Positions 12,440 through 25,267 of a stretch of 64,000 bases of DNA are shown in pieces (within the stretch, counting starts at the first letter, position 1; each line of letters begins with the position of its first letter). Source of the stretch: Macrostomum lignano (taxonomy: Eukaryota); contig NIVC01000031.1 in the NCBI GenBank assembly GCA_002269645.1, positions 1,178,001 through 1,242,000 on the forward strand, written 5' to 3'. The notes under the pieces were generated by a model. It was not told the DNA's origin. It worked only from the letters and a program-made list of their open reading frames with translations, and ran no database searches. Made by a program: the position numbers and the translations under genes.

Positions 12440-13625
12440 ATGCACGCCATCGTGGACGTGCTGTTTTTCCTTGTCCGCCTGCCCTGCTGGTTCGCCATCA
12501 GCTGGGTCCAGTTCTTCTACCGCTGCGTTGTACCGAAGCGCAAATCGATTCGTGGCCAGGTTGCCATGGTAACGGGAGCCGGGGCAGGCATCGGTCAGCT
12601 GATCTGCGTTCGGCTCGCCCGCCTCGGCTGTCGTGTGGCCGCCTGGGACATCAGCAGCGAAGGCCTGGAGGCCACCCGCCGTCTGGTGGCCGAAGCCTGC
12701 GGCAGCAGCGGCTCGGCCCAGTTCGAGTCCTTCATCTGCGATGTGGCCTCGCGTGAGGCTTGCTACTCGGTTGCCAAGGAGACCCTGAACCGGATGGGCC
12801 GCGTTGACATTGTGGTTAACAATGCGGGCATCGTGCAGGGGAAGACGCTGCTGGACTCCGACGATGACAAGACAGAGAAGGTGAGGGAGGCCTGGGTGAC
12901 CGGGTGAATATGGGAAATATTTGAGAATGGGACATATGATTCTTGATTCTGAATTTAGAAATTGTGCTTCAGGGTGTAAGAGTTGACTCTTCAGAGTACC
13001 AGCTCGAAATGACTTAAAACGAAATAGTTGACAGATTAAACATACATGGGGACAGACGGGAGAGTGCGTGGTGCTAGTTCACACAGTCACAAACATCAAC
13101 CCGCAGCTGTACCGAGTGAACCTGCTCAGTCACTATTGGATCACCAAGGCTCTCCTGCCGCACATGCTGTCCAGAGGCAGCGGCCACCTGTTCTACACGG
13201 CCTCCTGCACCGCCTGGATGGGTGCTAGTCGTCTTACTGACTACACTGCCTCCAAGGCTGCTGATCTGATTTTCACAGAATCATTGCAGAGCGAGCTGCG
13301 CAGTTGCTACCCGAACGCTCGCATCCCGGTGACCACCCTGTGCCCCTACCTAATCCGCACTGGCATGTTCCAAGGCTGCAACTCGCCAATTGAATGGCTG
13401 TTCCCTTCGCTTGACCCGGCCTATGTTGCTGACAGAGCTGTGGCCGCCATCCTGGCTGAAGAGTCCGTGGTGGCCTTGCCCAGATTTGTGTACATCTTCG
13501 TGGCCTTGAAGGCTATACTGCCTAATCCGGCTTACGAGGCTATGCAACACCTGGGCAATATTGACAGATTTATGGCTCCGTTTGTTGGCAGCGTCTCTGC
13601 CGCTATTAAGAGCAAGGCTAAGTGA
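12440..13625 (+). CDS. Short-chain dehydrogenase/reductase, SDR16C family (RDH10/SDR16C5-like), copy A, 319 aa
   Basis: Exons 12440-12880 and 13107-13625 (GT-AG, phase 0). N-terminal hydrophobic anchor, TGAGAGIG, AAWD, NNAG and catalytic YTASK. Start MHAIVDV aligns with RDH10 MNIVVEF. Confidence 0.9.
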
Positions 13626-14089
13626 TTTTTCTGACTATTGTGGTGCTGGGTTAACTATACTTTACTAAACTTTTATTGCCATTAGTTTTTTACAATGAAA
13701 AATTTTTTTGTCAGTTTTACAGATTTGCTATCAAATCTGGCTTTGAATTAACCGTGTGTTGTGATGATTTTAAACAGTTGCAGTGACGTGTCATGACCTA
13801 TGACATATTAGTTAACCCTTCAATAACTTTTTTAAGTGACACTTTTTGTCACCGCTAATCTTTAACGTTGTTATTATTTTATGGATTTGACATAACCAGG
13901 TGACGAGTGATTTTTCAAGTCTAACATGTTGACGCAAAATATTTCTTTTATCAGTGACCTAACCAGTTACGTAAGCGTCTCTCTGTTTACTTTACGCTAA
14001 AAATCAATAAAGTTTTTAAGCAGAAAATGTTGCTAGATGATAATTAATTCTTTATTTATTTCTAACCTAGGGTTCTGGCCCATTTGGCA

Positions 14090-14455
14090 GTCCTCCAGAT
14101 CCTCAGTTGCTTGGACAACCTCCCAGATCCTCAGTTGCTTGGACAGCCTCCCAGATCCTCAGTTGCTTGGACAGCCTCCCAGATCCTCAGTTGCTTGGAC
14201 AGCCTCCCAGATCCTCAGTTGCTTTGACAGCCTCCCAGATCCTCAGTTGCTTGGACAGCCTCCCAGATCCTCAGTTGCTTGGACAGCCTCCCAGATCCTC
14301 AGTTGCTTTGACAGCCTCCCAGATCCTCAGTTGCTTAGACAGCCTCGCAGATCCTCAGTTGCTCGGCCAGCCTACCAGATCCTCAGTTGCTCGGCCAGCC
14401 TACCAGATCCTCAGTTGCTGGGCCAGCCTCCCAGATCCCCAGTTGCTGGGCCACC
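14090..14455 (+). repeat. 28-bp minisatellite x~13 between the SDR copies
   Basis: Unit CAGCCTCCCAGATCCTCAGTTGCTTGGA. Confidence 0.9.
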
Positions 14456-14509
14456 CTGCAGAATCATCTCCAGCAAAATTCTAAATCCCGTACTTAGTAT
14501 CTACGTAGC

Positions 14510-15185
14510 ATACAGCTCCATAAATCCCAGCTCCATCACTCCCAGCCTAATCAATTCCAGCTCTATCAATACCAGCCTCATCACTCCCAGCTGCATCAAT
14601 CCCAGCTTCATTAATCCCAACTCCATCAATCCCAGCTTCTTCATCCCCAGCTCCATCAATCCCAGCTTCATTAATTACAGCTCATCCAATCACAGCTCCA
14701 TCAGTCACAGTCCCATCAATCCCAGCTTCATTAATGCCAGCTTCATTAATCCTAGCTTCATTAATCCCAGCTCCATCAATACCAGCTACATCAATCCCAG
14801 TTTCATTAATCCCAACTCCATCAATCTCAGCTCCATCAGTCACAGCCCCAATTCCAGCTCCATCAGCACCAGCTACATCAATCCCAGCTTCAGTAATCCC
14901 AACTCCATTAATCCCAACTCCATTAATCCCAGCTTTTTCATCCCCAGCTTTATCAATCCAAGCTTCATTAATTTCAGCTCCACCAATCCCAGCTCCATCG
15001 GTCACAGCCCCACCAATCTCAGCTCCATCAGTACCAGCTACATCAATCCCAGCCCCATCAATCCCAGCCCCATCAGGCCCAGCCCCATCAATCCCAGCCC
15101 CATCAATCCCAGCCCCATCAGGCCCAGCCCCATCAATCCCAGCTCCATCAGGCCCAGCCCCATCAATCCCAGCCCCATCAATCCC
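14510..15185 (+). repeat. 15-bp minisatellite (CCCAGCTCCATCAAT family) before SDR copy B
   Basis: Homologous to 11715-12400 but more diverged. Confidence 0.9.
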
Positions 15186-15199
15186 ACGGCACTCAAGCT

Positions 15200-15218
15200 G
15201 CTCACCTCCCCGCTCCAG
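15200..15218 (+). promoter_or_regulatory. 3' splice acceptor 5 nt before the SDR copy B ATG
   Basis: Branch-like CTCAC, then CTCCCCGCTC, then CAG|CCGCCATG. Confidence 0.45.
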
Positions 15219-15223
15219 CCGCC

Positions 15224-16830
15224 ATGCACCCCATCGTGGACGTGCTGCTTTTCCTTGTCCGCCTGCCCTGCTGGTTCGCCATCAGCTGGGTCCAATTCTT
15301 CTACCGCTGCGTTGTACCGAAGTGCAAATCGATTCGCGGCCAGGTTGCCATGATAACGGGAGCCGGGGCAGGCATCGGTCAGCTGATCTGCGTTCGGCTC
15401 GCCCGCCTCGGCTGTCGTGTGGCCGCCTGGGACATCAGCAGCGAAGGCCTGGAGGCCACCCGCCGTCTGGTGGCCGAAGCCTGCGGCAGCAGCGGCTCGG
15501 CCCAGTTCGAGTCCTTCATCTGCGATGTGGCCTCGCGTGAGGCTTGCTACTCGGTTGCCAAGGAGACCCTGAACCGGATGGGCCGCGTTGACATTGTGGT
15601 TAACAATGCGGGCATCGTGCAGGGGAAGACGCTGCTGGACTCCGACGATGACAAGACGGAGAAGGTGAGTTATAGCGATTGACAACAATTAAAATTTTAC
15701 CGTTTGTAAAAGCAGCCAGCTTCACCGCAGGTGCAACCAGCATCCGTTCAGACGCTGAAAGCTTCCGTACAGACGCTGAAAGCTTCCGTACAGACACTGA
15801 AAGCTTCCGTACAGACGCTGAAAGCTTCCGTACAGACACTGAAAGCTTCCGTACAGACACTGAAAGCTTCCGTACAGACACTGAAAGCTTCCGTACAGAC
15901 GCTGAAAGCTTCCGTACAGACACTGAAAGCTTCCGTACAGACGCTGAAAGCTTCCGTACAGACGCTGAAAGCTTCCGTACAGACGCTGAAAGCTTCCGTA
16001 CAGACACTGAAAGCTTCCGTACAGACACTGAAAGCTTCCGTACAGACACTGAAAGCTTCCGTACAGACACTGAAAGCTTCCGTACAGACACTGAAAGCTT
16101 CCGTACAGACACTGAAAGCTTCCGTACAGACACTGAAAGCTTCCGTACAGACGCTGAAAGCTTCCGTACAGACACTGAAAGCTTCCGTACAGACACTGAA
16201 AGCTTCCGTACAGACGCTGAAAGCTTCCGTATAGATGCAACCAGCTTCCCTCATGCATGAATCATGTTTTCTGTTTTATAAAATAAATGAGAACTTCTCG
16301 TTTCACACCCGCAGCTGTACCGAGTGAACCTGCTCAGTCACTATTGGATCACCAAGGCTCTCCTGCCGCACATGCTGTCCAGAGGCAGCGGCCACCTGTT
16401 CTACACGGCCTCCTGTGCAGGTTGGATCGGGGCAAGCCACCTCTCAGACTATTGCGCATCAAAAGCGGCCGATGTGATCTTTGCCGAATCCCTTCAAAGC
16501 GAGCTGCGCAGTTGCTACCCGAACGCTCGCATCCCGGTGACCACCCTGTGCCCCTACCTGATCCGCACTGGCATGTTCCAAGGCTGCAACTCGCCAATTG
16601 AATGGCTGTTCCCTTCGCTTGACCCGGCCTATGTTGCTGACAGAGCAGTGGCCGCCATCCTGGCCGAAGAGTCGCTAGTAGCCGTGCCTAGAATTGTGTA
16701 CTGTTTCATCGCCTTGAAAACAGTGTTGCCTAATCCGGCTTACGAGGCTTTGCAAAAGTTGGGCAATGTTGATCAGTTTATGCTACCATTTCGTGGCAGT
16801 GTTTCCAGCTCTAAAGCTAAGGCGAATTAA
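15224..16830 (+). CDS. SDR16C family dehydrogenase (RDH10/SDR16C5-like), copy B, 318 aa
   Basis: Exons 15224-15664 and 16315-16830 (GT-AG, phase 0). TGAGAGIG, NNAG and YCASK; tandem paralog of 12440-13625. Confidence 0.9.
15750..16235 (+). repeat. Near-perfect 21-bp minisatellite x~23 in the SDR copy B intron
   Basis: Unit CCGTACAGAC(A/G)CTGAAAGCTT; absent from the 226-bp intron of copy A. Confidence 0.95.
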
Positions 16831-17828
16831 CTGTGTTTTCTTGTAATTGTTCCGGTGTTTTTTAGGCTTTTATACTGATTTTAAGGTTCTTCGACAATTG
16901 CCTGCGGCGACAACTGGCTTGTTCAGCAACTGAGAGCGAAACATCATAGTTATTATTAGTAGTTAGAAAGAAAATTTAAAATACCTGAGAAATAAAAACC
17001 GGTTTTAGTGTATTGACTAGCAATCTAGTGCCCCCTTTCGGGGCGCGCAATAAGCAAGGAGCAAAAATTATTGATGCAAATCCATTATAAAGCACACTTT
17101 CTTAACCAATTGCTACTTTAGTTTTACATGTATACATGTAGATCACCTTATTCGAGTAAAATTGTCACGGACAAAGATGTTTAACAATAATATCATTTTT
17201 TGTAAAAGTAACAAAAATACAACAAAAAAGCCTTTACAAAGATAACGCGCATTTGTCTAAATAGAATGTATAACCCAGACCAGCACCCCCCCCCCAAAAT
17301 ACAATATCGATTACAATGCAAATAGTTTGCAGACAGAAACTATTTGCTAATACTACAGTACATTGGTTCACTTAATTATTAACTTAAAAGCAACAGGGAA
17401 TACACACACGCACGAACAAAGTTGTCGCCGCAGGCAGTTGTTGTGCTACCGAGTCTAATGATGCTTTTCATTATGAAATATACCTTTAAGAATCAATAAT
17501 ATTGACGAATTTTATTCTAACTGGCACAAGTGATTTTTATTAGAATATCAATAATTTTATCTTGTTTTCATTTGATTTGTCAAGAATTTAAGGTTAGTTG
17601 TTCATTCATAGGAAAGTTTAATCCTAACGACGTTTGATAAAGTTTCTGTCATTTTTTGTAGCGCTATATCTTAGTAATTATTTGTCAATAAATTTTGTTT
17701 CAATATTTCAGCTGCCATCTGCTCAAACTCGCACAGCCGCCCCAATAGTTGTAGTCGTTGGTAACGGCAAGGAAAATCTTGATGGCGTTAGTAAATTGAG
17801 GCAACTGAAAAATCAGCAGCTTAATTTG

Positions 17829-20800
17829 ATGCAGAACCAGTCGGATAAAAGCGTTTTTCTTAACGGTACTGCAACACCGGAACACTCGTCATCGAATGTT
17901 GGCGCCAGTTTGAATATTGGAAGTAGGCATATTGCTTCGTCGATCAATGTTCTTGGAAATCAGCAACAACAAGGATGTCTCTTGCAGCTTTCCCTGCCTC
18001 CTCAGGGCAATGTGTCCTCGCGGGCTCAACGCTCTCACCTTGATCAGCATCAACAATCCATGACATGGTTCTATCGACCAGAGGAATCACTTCTAGGCAG
18101 TCAACTTAATTTAGCACTGCAACAGCAACAGAAGCATAATCGTACTGCTAATTCCGACGTTGACCTTAATTGCAATCACTTTAATGACGGTCTCGTTGCC
18201 AATGAAGATCGTGAGCATCCTCTTGCACGACCACCGCCACCTCCTCCGCCGCCTCCAGTGCAATCTCGCATTGTAGTTAAACTTTCATTCCCTCCAGCTG
18301 AAGTGGCAGCAATCGACAGGCAAATTCAATCCATAGAAGAGCCTTATAGTCCTCAGTCGCATCTGTTTATTTGTCAGTCATTTTTAAGACCACCGAAACC
18401 GTTTAATGCGTTCGCTAATTTTATCGATTGGTTTCCTTCTGCTGAGGATTTTCCGGATTTTGTTTCTGCGCACAGACAACAGTTGGTTGAGGGGCCGGAC
18501 TGTTTGATATCGCTGACTAGGCTGTTAATTATGCTGGATCTGGAGAGGTGCGTTGTAGAACCACTTGTTGTCTACTGTTATGATTGACTGCTCAGATCTC
18601 ACTACTAGATTTTTAATTATCAAAATCTCACCCCTAGATTTCCTAATTTCTCAAATCTCGACACTCGATTTCCCAATCTCAAAATCTCGTCAATAGATTT
18701 GACAATCTGTTAAAGATCTCACCACTAGATTTCCCAATCTCAAAATCTCACCACTAAATTTTCCCGATCTCAAAATCTCATCAATAGATTTGATAATCTC
18801 TTAAAAATCTCACCACTAGATTTCCCAATCTCAAAATCTCACCACTAGATTTGCCGATCTCAAAATCTCACCACTAGATTTGCCGATCTCAAAATCTCAC
18901 CACTAGATATGCCGATCTCAAAATCTCATTAATAGATTTGGCAATTTCTTAAAAATCTCACCACTAGATTCCCCAATCTTAAATTCTCACCACTAGATTT
19001 GCCGATCTCAAAATCTCATCAATAGATTTGATAATCTCTTAAAAATCTCACCACTAGATTTCCCAATCTCAAAATCTCACCACTAGATTTGCCGATCTCA
19101 AAATCTCACCACTAGATTTGCCGATCTCAAAATCTCACCACTAGATTTGCCGATCTCAAAATCTCATTAATAGATTTGGCAATTTCTTAAAAATCTCACC
19201 ACTAGATTCCCCAATCTTAAATTCTCACCACTAGATTTGCCGATCTCAAAATCTCATTAATAGATTTGGCAATCGCTTATAAATCTCACCACCAGATTTC
19301 CTAATGTCAAAATCTCACCACTAGAGTTGCCGGTCTCAAAATCTCATCAATAGATTTGGAAATTTCAAAATATTAACACTAAATAGATTCTCCTATCTTA
19401 AAAATCTTACATATCTCCTAGTCCTATCTTAAAATCTCAAGTCGTAGACATTCGTTACAAGCTTAGTTCATTTAAAAATCTGACTTATCTGTCGATTTTC
19501 TTCAAACCTCTGCAGGCACCTGTTAGCCCTGCTCCAGTCTCGTCTGCTGCATCCGCGAGTCCGCATGCCGGGACCCAGCCGTTTCACTCTATTGCACACG
19601 GCCTGTCTAGCCGATTCAGTCCAGTGCGTCACTTTATTACACAAACTCGACAGTTCCAATTGTGTTAAACTGCTAGATGCAAGCGGCAGGTCTTTGTCGG
19701 CCGTGGCGTCGCCTACAGTTCGCAGTAAAGTTCGTTTATCAACTAGTTCAGTTGGTTCCGCGGCTACGTCTATGGCTGTGAAAGCTCCGTTGTCTTTGTT
19801 TAAATTTTTAACGCCTTCTTCCAATCAGCAGAAGCAGAAAGCTGAATTCAATTCTGGGCCGGTTAGTCTGACGCCTGAACAAAGAATCCACGCCCTGGGA
19901 TTAGTGACTAATCCGGCTACTCACGAAGAGCTGTTAGTGTTGGCTAATCAGGTAATGAATAGGTTCTAGATTGAGTACTATCGGCTGAATATTCGAGTGC
20001 AATAATCAAAAAATAGTTTGTAGCCACTAGTTAAATGGACTATTTAGCGACATATTTAGTAGCATATCGTGGCTTAAAAGAGTGACACAATTATAGAATT
20101 AAGTGAAAATAAACTGATTGAATGAAGTGAGAAAAATATTTGATGGAGTGACACACTGATTAGATCGCGTGACAAACTGATTAGATGGAGTGACACTGAT
20201 GAGATGGAGTGACACACTGAATAGATGGAGTGACAGAATGATTAGATAGAGTGACAGTACTGGTTAGATGGAGTGACAGACTGATTAGATGGAGTGACAC
20301 TTTCGTATGATAGTGTGACACTCTGATTAGATGGAATGACAAACTGAATAGATGGAGTGACAGACTGATTAGATGGAGTGACAGACTGATTAGATGAAGT
20401 GACAGACTGATTAAATGAAGTGATACACTGGTGTCACTGGTGTCACACTGATTGAATGGGTTGAGACACTGATGTGTTCAAGTGACAACTGGTGGAATGG
20501 AGGGACATGACAGTATAGAGTGACATACTGATCTAGAAGTGTGGCAAGCTTAAAAAGTTAAGATAGACTTATGGTAAAGTTAAAATTATTAAAGTCAAAG
20601 CAACTGAAGTCGGTTAAAAACACCATTCAATCATTACCTTTAAACAGGGCCAACTCAACATATCGGCAGTGAACGGCGGCGACAATGCTCTGCTGCATCG
20701 CTGCTTAGAGATGGGCCTGTCTAGCTTAGCTTTGCTTGCTAATTTGCTACGCAGAAAGCTACTACTGACCGATTCAAGTAGTATCAATAGAAATAATCAG

Positions 20801-23800
20801 TCCGAGTCGCCACTGTCTCACCAGTTAATTCATCTAAGTCAAGGCTGGGATTCAGAATATCGTCAGCACTATTTAGCTTGCTATCTGCATCTTTTGAAGG
20901 CCGATTTAAATGCTGCAGACTCCAGTTTGGGTCGGACTGCTCTGCATTTGGCTGCTCTGGCTGCTGATGAAGATTTAACTAATTTTCTATTGCAACACGA
21001 AGTGGATTTTAATTTGCCGGATAAGGCTGGCGCCTTGCCGGATCATTTGGGATTTAAATGTTCGGGTGGAAATAATCCCTGCACCAGGCTGATTGAAAGG
21101 TAGGTTGTGATTCTTAGTGCGAGTCTTGATTGTATTTGTAGGGGTTTAGACATTTTATCCTGAGAAGCATATCATGATAGGCGACAAAATATTGAGAGGT
21201 TAAAACTGGAGACAGGTGAGATTAGATATAGGTAGCTAAGATCAGAGAAATCTGAGATTAGAGCCTTGATTTAATGTCCGATAAGAGACAGGTAGATTAA
21301 GTAAGAGAAAGACAGGTGAGAGTGGGAGTGAAGTACAGACAGATGAGATTAGAGACAAACAGATGAGATTAAGAGACAAACATGGGAGATTCGAAACAAA
21401 CAGTAGAGATTAGAGACAGGCTGTGGGATTAGAAACAGGTGATTAAAGACAAAGGTGAGATTAAAGACAAACAGGTGAGACTAGAGACAGGCAGATGGGA
21501 TTAGAGACAGGCTGGTAAGATTAGAGACAAACAGGTGAGATTAGAGACAGGCAGATGGGATTAGAGACAGGCAGATTAGAGTAGAGACAAACAGATGACA
21601 TTAGAAGCAAACAGTGGAGATTAGAGACAGGCTGGTGAGATTAGAGACAAACAGGTGAGATTAGAGACAAACAGGTGAGATTAAAGACAAACGGGATAGC
21701 GACGTTTGCCTGCGGGACGTTTGCCAGCCGACGTTTGCCTGCGGGACGTTTGCCAGCCGACATTTGCCAGCCGACGTTTGCCAGCCGACGTTTGCCAGTG
21801 AGACGTTTGCCAGCCGAAGTTTGCCTGCCGGACGTTTGCCAGCCGACGTTTGCCTGCGGGACGTTTGCCAGCCGACGTTTGCCAGCCGACGTTTGCCTGC
21901 CGGAAGTTTGCCAGCCAAAATTTGCTAGCCAATATAAAGCCAGTCAGTGAAAAATTTGATACTGAAACATTCGCAGTTTAGCGGTTTGACAAAAACCGTT
22001 TTTACTCCAACTTTTTGACGGTTATTCGCATGTATACAAGTTTGAAAGCAAAATATATAAATTATGCAGTTCATCAGTCTAACGTCTAATATCTAGTTTA
22101 ACAACGATTTTGGCACAACATATCAAAAGATGAACATTGGGTTTGCCTCGTATGAAAGCAATAACAATTGTTGTGCTGAAAAGATGAAAACTTCCTATCT
22201 CCCTATGGCCTTCAAAACATTTTTCATAGATTTCGAGTGCTGCGTACTTCTACTTTAGTAGTCCTTGGCGTGACTAAGCTTTGCATACGTAGTGTCTAGC
22301 GCTTGCTATCCTACTAGTTTGCTACTGGCGGCTTGTCTGGCTATTCAGCTAGCTTACTATACAAACGTACCGCATTCGACTCGTCTACACATGTACGTTG
22401 AGATCGCGGTTTCCTGGCTTACTTGAGTAGTAATACAACAGAATTGGAATCAATTTGCTTACTTTTGGATCTCCCAATGAACTGAGAAATATATGAGCCA
22501 GAATTACCGCTCAGCAGCTCTTTTTGTTTGCCTCATAACTTAATCGCTGGAGATTCCCGTTGTAATCTGCGCGTCTTCTTTCGCACATCAAAAATCAAAC
22601 ATCTCAAACTGGGAAAAACGATACACAATTGCCAAAAGTAAACAATATTTTCACATTCAAAGTGAAATCCTATCTATCTATCTAATATTTTCACATTCAA
22701 ACTTGTATATATGCGAATAACCGTCAAAAAGTTGGAGTAAAAACGGTTTTTGTCAAACCGCTAAACTGCGAATGTTTCAGTATCAAATTTTTCACTGACT
22801 GGCTTTATATTGGCTAGCAAATTTTGGCTGGCAAACTTCCGGCAGGCAAACGTCGGCTGGCAAACGTCGGCTGGCAAACGTCCGGCAGGCAAACGTCCGA
22901 CTGGCAAACGTCCCGCTGGCAAACGTCGGCTGGCAAATGTCGGCTGGCCAATGTCGGCTGGCAAACGTCGGCTGGCAAACGTCGGCTGGCAAACGTCGGC
23001 TGGCAAATGTCGGCTGGCAAACGTCCCGCAGGCAAACGTCCGGCAGGAAAACTTCGGCTGGCAAACGTCCCACTGGCAAACGTCGGCTGGCAAACGTCGG
23101 CTGGCAAATGTCGGCTGGCAAACGTCCAGCAGGCAAACGTCGGCTGGCAAACGTCCCGCAGGCAAACGTCGTAGACCCAAGACAAACAGGTTAGATTAGA
23201 GACAAACAGGTGAGACTAGAGACAGGCAGATGGGATTAGAGATAGGCGGATGGGAGTAAAGACGAACAGGTGAGATTAGAAACAAACAGTGGAGATTAAA
23301 GACAGGATGGTGAGATTAGAGACAAACAGGTGAGACTAGAGACAGGCAGATTGGGTTAGAGACAGGCAGATTGGGTTAGAGACAGGCAGATTGGGTTAGA
23401 GACAGGCAGATTGGGTTAGAGACAGGCAGATTGGGTAGAGACAAACAGGTAAGATTAGTGACAAAAATGGGAGATCAGAAACAAACAGTGGAGATTAAAG
23501 ACAGGATGGTGAGATTAGAGACAAACAGGTGAGACTAGAGACAGGCAGATGAGACTAGGGACAAACAGGTGAGATTAGAGACCGCTTGAATTAGAAATAA
23601 TATATAGAATCGGTGTAGTAACCCTAAAATTTGACGCCACAAAATATATACTCATGCATCTGTGCAGACGGCGCAACCAACGATCTCGCGTCATAGCCGA
23701 ACTCGTCTCTCGTCTGCCGGACCAGCTGGCTGCAAGGTTCCGTCACACCGACCTGTTCGTCACCGATCCTGACGGCTTCACGCCGCTGTGTCTGGCCGCC

Positions 23801-25012
23801 AAATGCAACTCCATGTCTGCCTTGCAGTTCCTGTTAGACCAGCCTGACTGTCCCATTGACGGCCAGCATCCGGCCACGGGCAGGACTGCTCTGGCTATGG
23901 CCGCGGCTGAGGACAATGCTTTGGCAGTTCGACTGCTGCTTGAGTACGGTGCCTGCCCGGCTGTGCGCGACTTTGAGCACCGGCTGGCTCTGGAACTGGC
24001 CGTGTCTGCCGGGAATGCTGCCAGCGTGCAGGCTATGCTGGCTTATACCGCCTGTCTAACTGGTGAGGCTGTCTGCCTGTCTGTCTGTCTGACTGGTGAG
24101 GCTGTCTGTCTGACTGGTGAGGCTGTCTGCCTGACTGGTGAGGCTGTCTGTCTGACTGGTGAGGCTGTCTGTCTGTCTGTCTGTCTGTCTGACTGGTGAG
24201 GCTGTCTGTCTGACTGGTGAGGCTGTCTGTCTGTCTGTCTGTCTGTCTGACTGGTGAGGCTGTCTGTCTGACTGGTGAGGCTGTCTGTCTGACTGGTGAG
24301 GCTGTCTGTCCGACTGGTGAGTCTGTCTGCCTGTCTGGCTGTCTGTCTGACTGGTGAGGCTGTCTGTCTGACTGGTGAGGCTGTCTGTCTGACTGGTGAG
24401 GCTGTCTGCCTGTCTGGCTGTCTGTCTGACTGGTGAGGCTGTCTGCCTGTCTGGCTGTCTGTCTGACTGGTGAGGCTGTCTGCCTGTCTGGCTGTCTGTC
24501 TGACTGGTGAGGCTGTCTGTCTGTCTGACTGGTGAGGCTGTCTGCCTGTCTGGCTGTCTGTCTAACTGGTGAGGCTGTCTGTCTGTCTGACTGGTGAGGC
24601 TGTCTGTCTGTCTGACTGGTGAGGCTGTCTGCCTGTCTGGCTGTCTGTCTAACTGGTGAGGCTGTCTGTCTGTCTGACTGGTGAGGCTGTCTGTCTGTCT
24701 GACTGGTGAGGCTGTCTGTCTGACTGGTGAGGCTGCCTGCCTGTCTGTCTGTCTGTCTGACTGGTGAGGCTGTCTGTCTGACTGGTGAGGCTGTCTGTCT
24801 GACTGGTGAGGCTGTCTGTCTGACTGGTAAGGCTGCCTGTCTGACTGGTGAGGCTGTCTGTCTGCCTGTCTGACTGGTAAGGCTGTCTGTCTGCCTGTCT
24901 GACTGCCCGTCTGACTGGTGAGGCTGTCTGTCTGTCTGACTGGTGAGGCTGTCTGTCTGTCTGTCTGTCTGGTGAGGCTGTCTGCATGTCTGCCTGCCTG
25001 TCTGTCTGTCTC

Positions 25013-25074
<62 letters not shown>

Positions 25075-25088
25075 GGTCTGTCTGTCTA

Positions 25089-25138
<50 letters not shown>

Positions 25139-25151
25139 GGTCTGTCTGTCA

Positions 25152-25204
<53 letters not shown>

Positions 25205-25224
25205 CCTGCCTGTCTGTCTGTCTA

Positions 25225-25267
<43 letters not shown>

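Noticed and set aside
11883-12572. Ser/Ile/Asn/Pro-rich N-terminal extension of the SDR genes
   Set aside because: Out of frame with the SDR start, and MHAIVDV already aligns with the RDH10 N-terminus.
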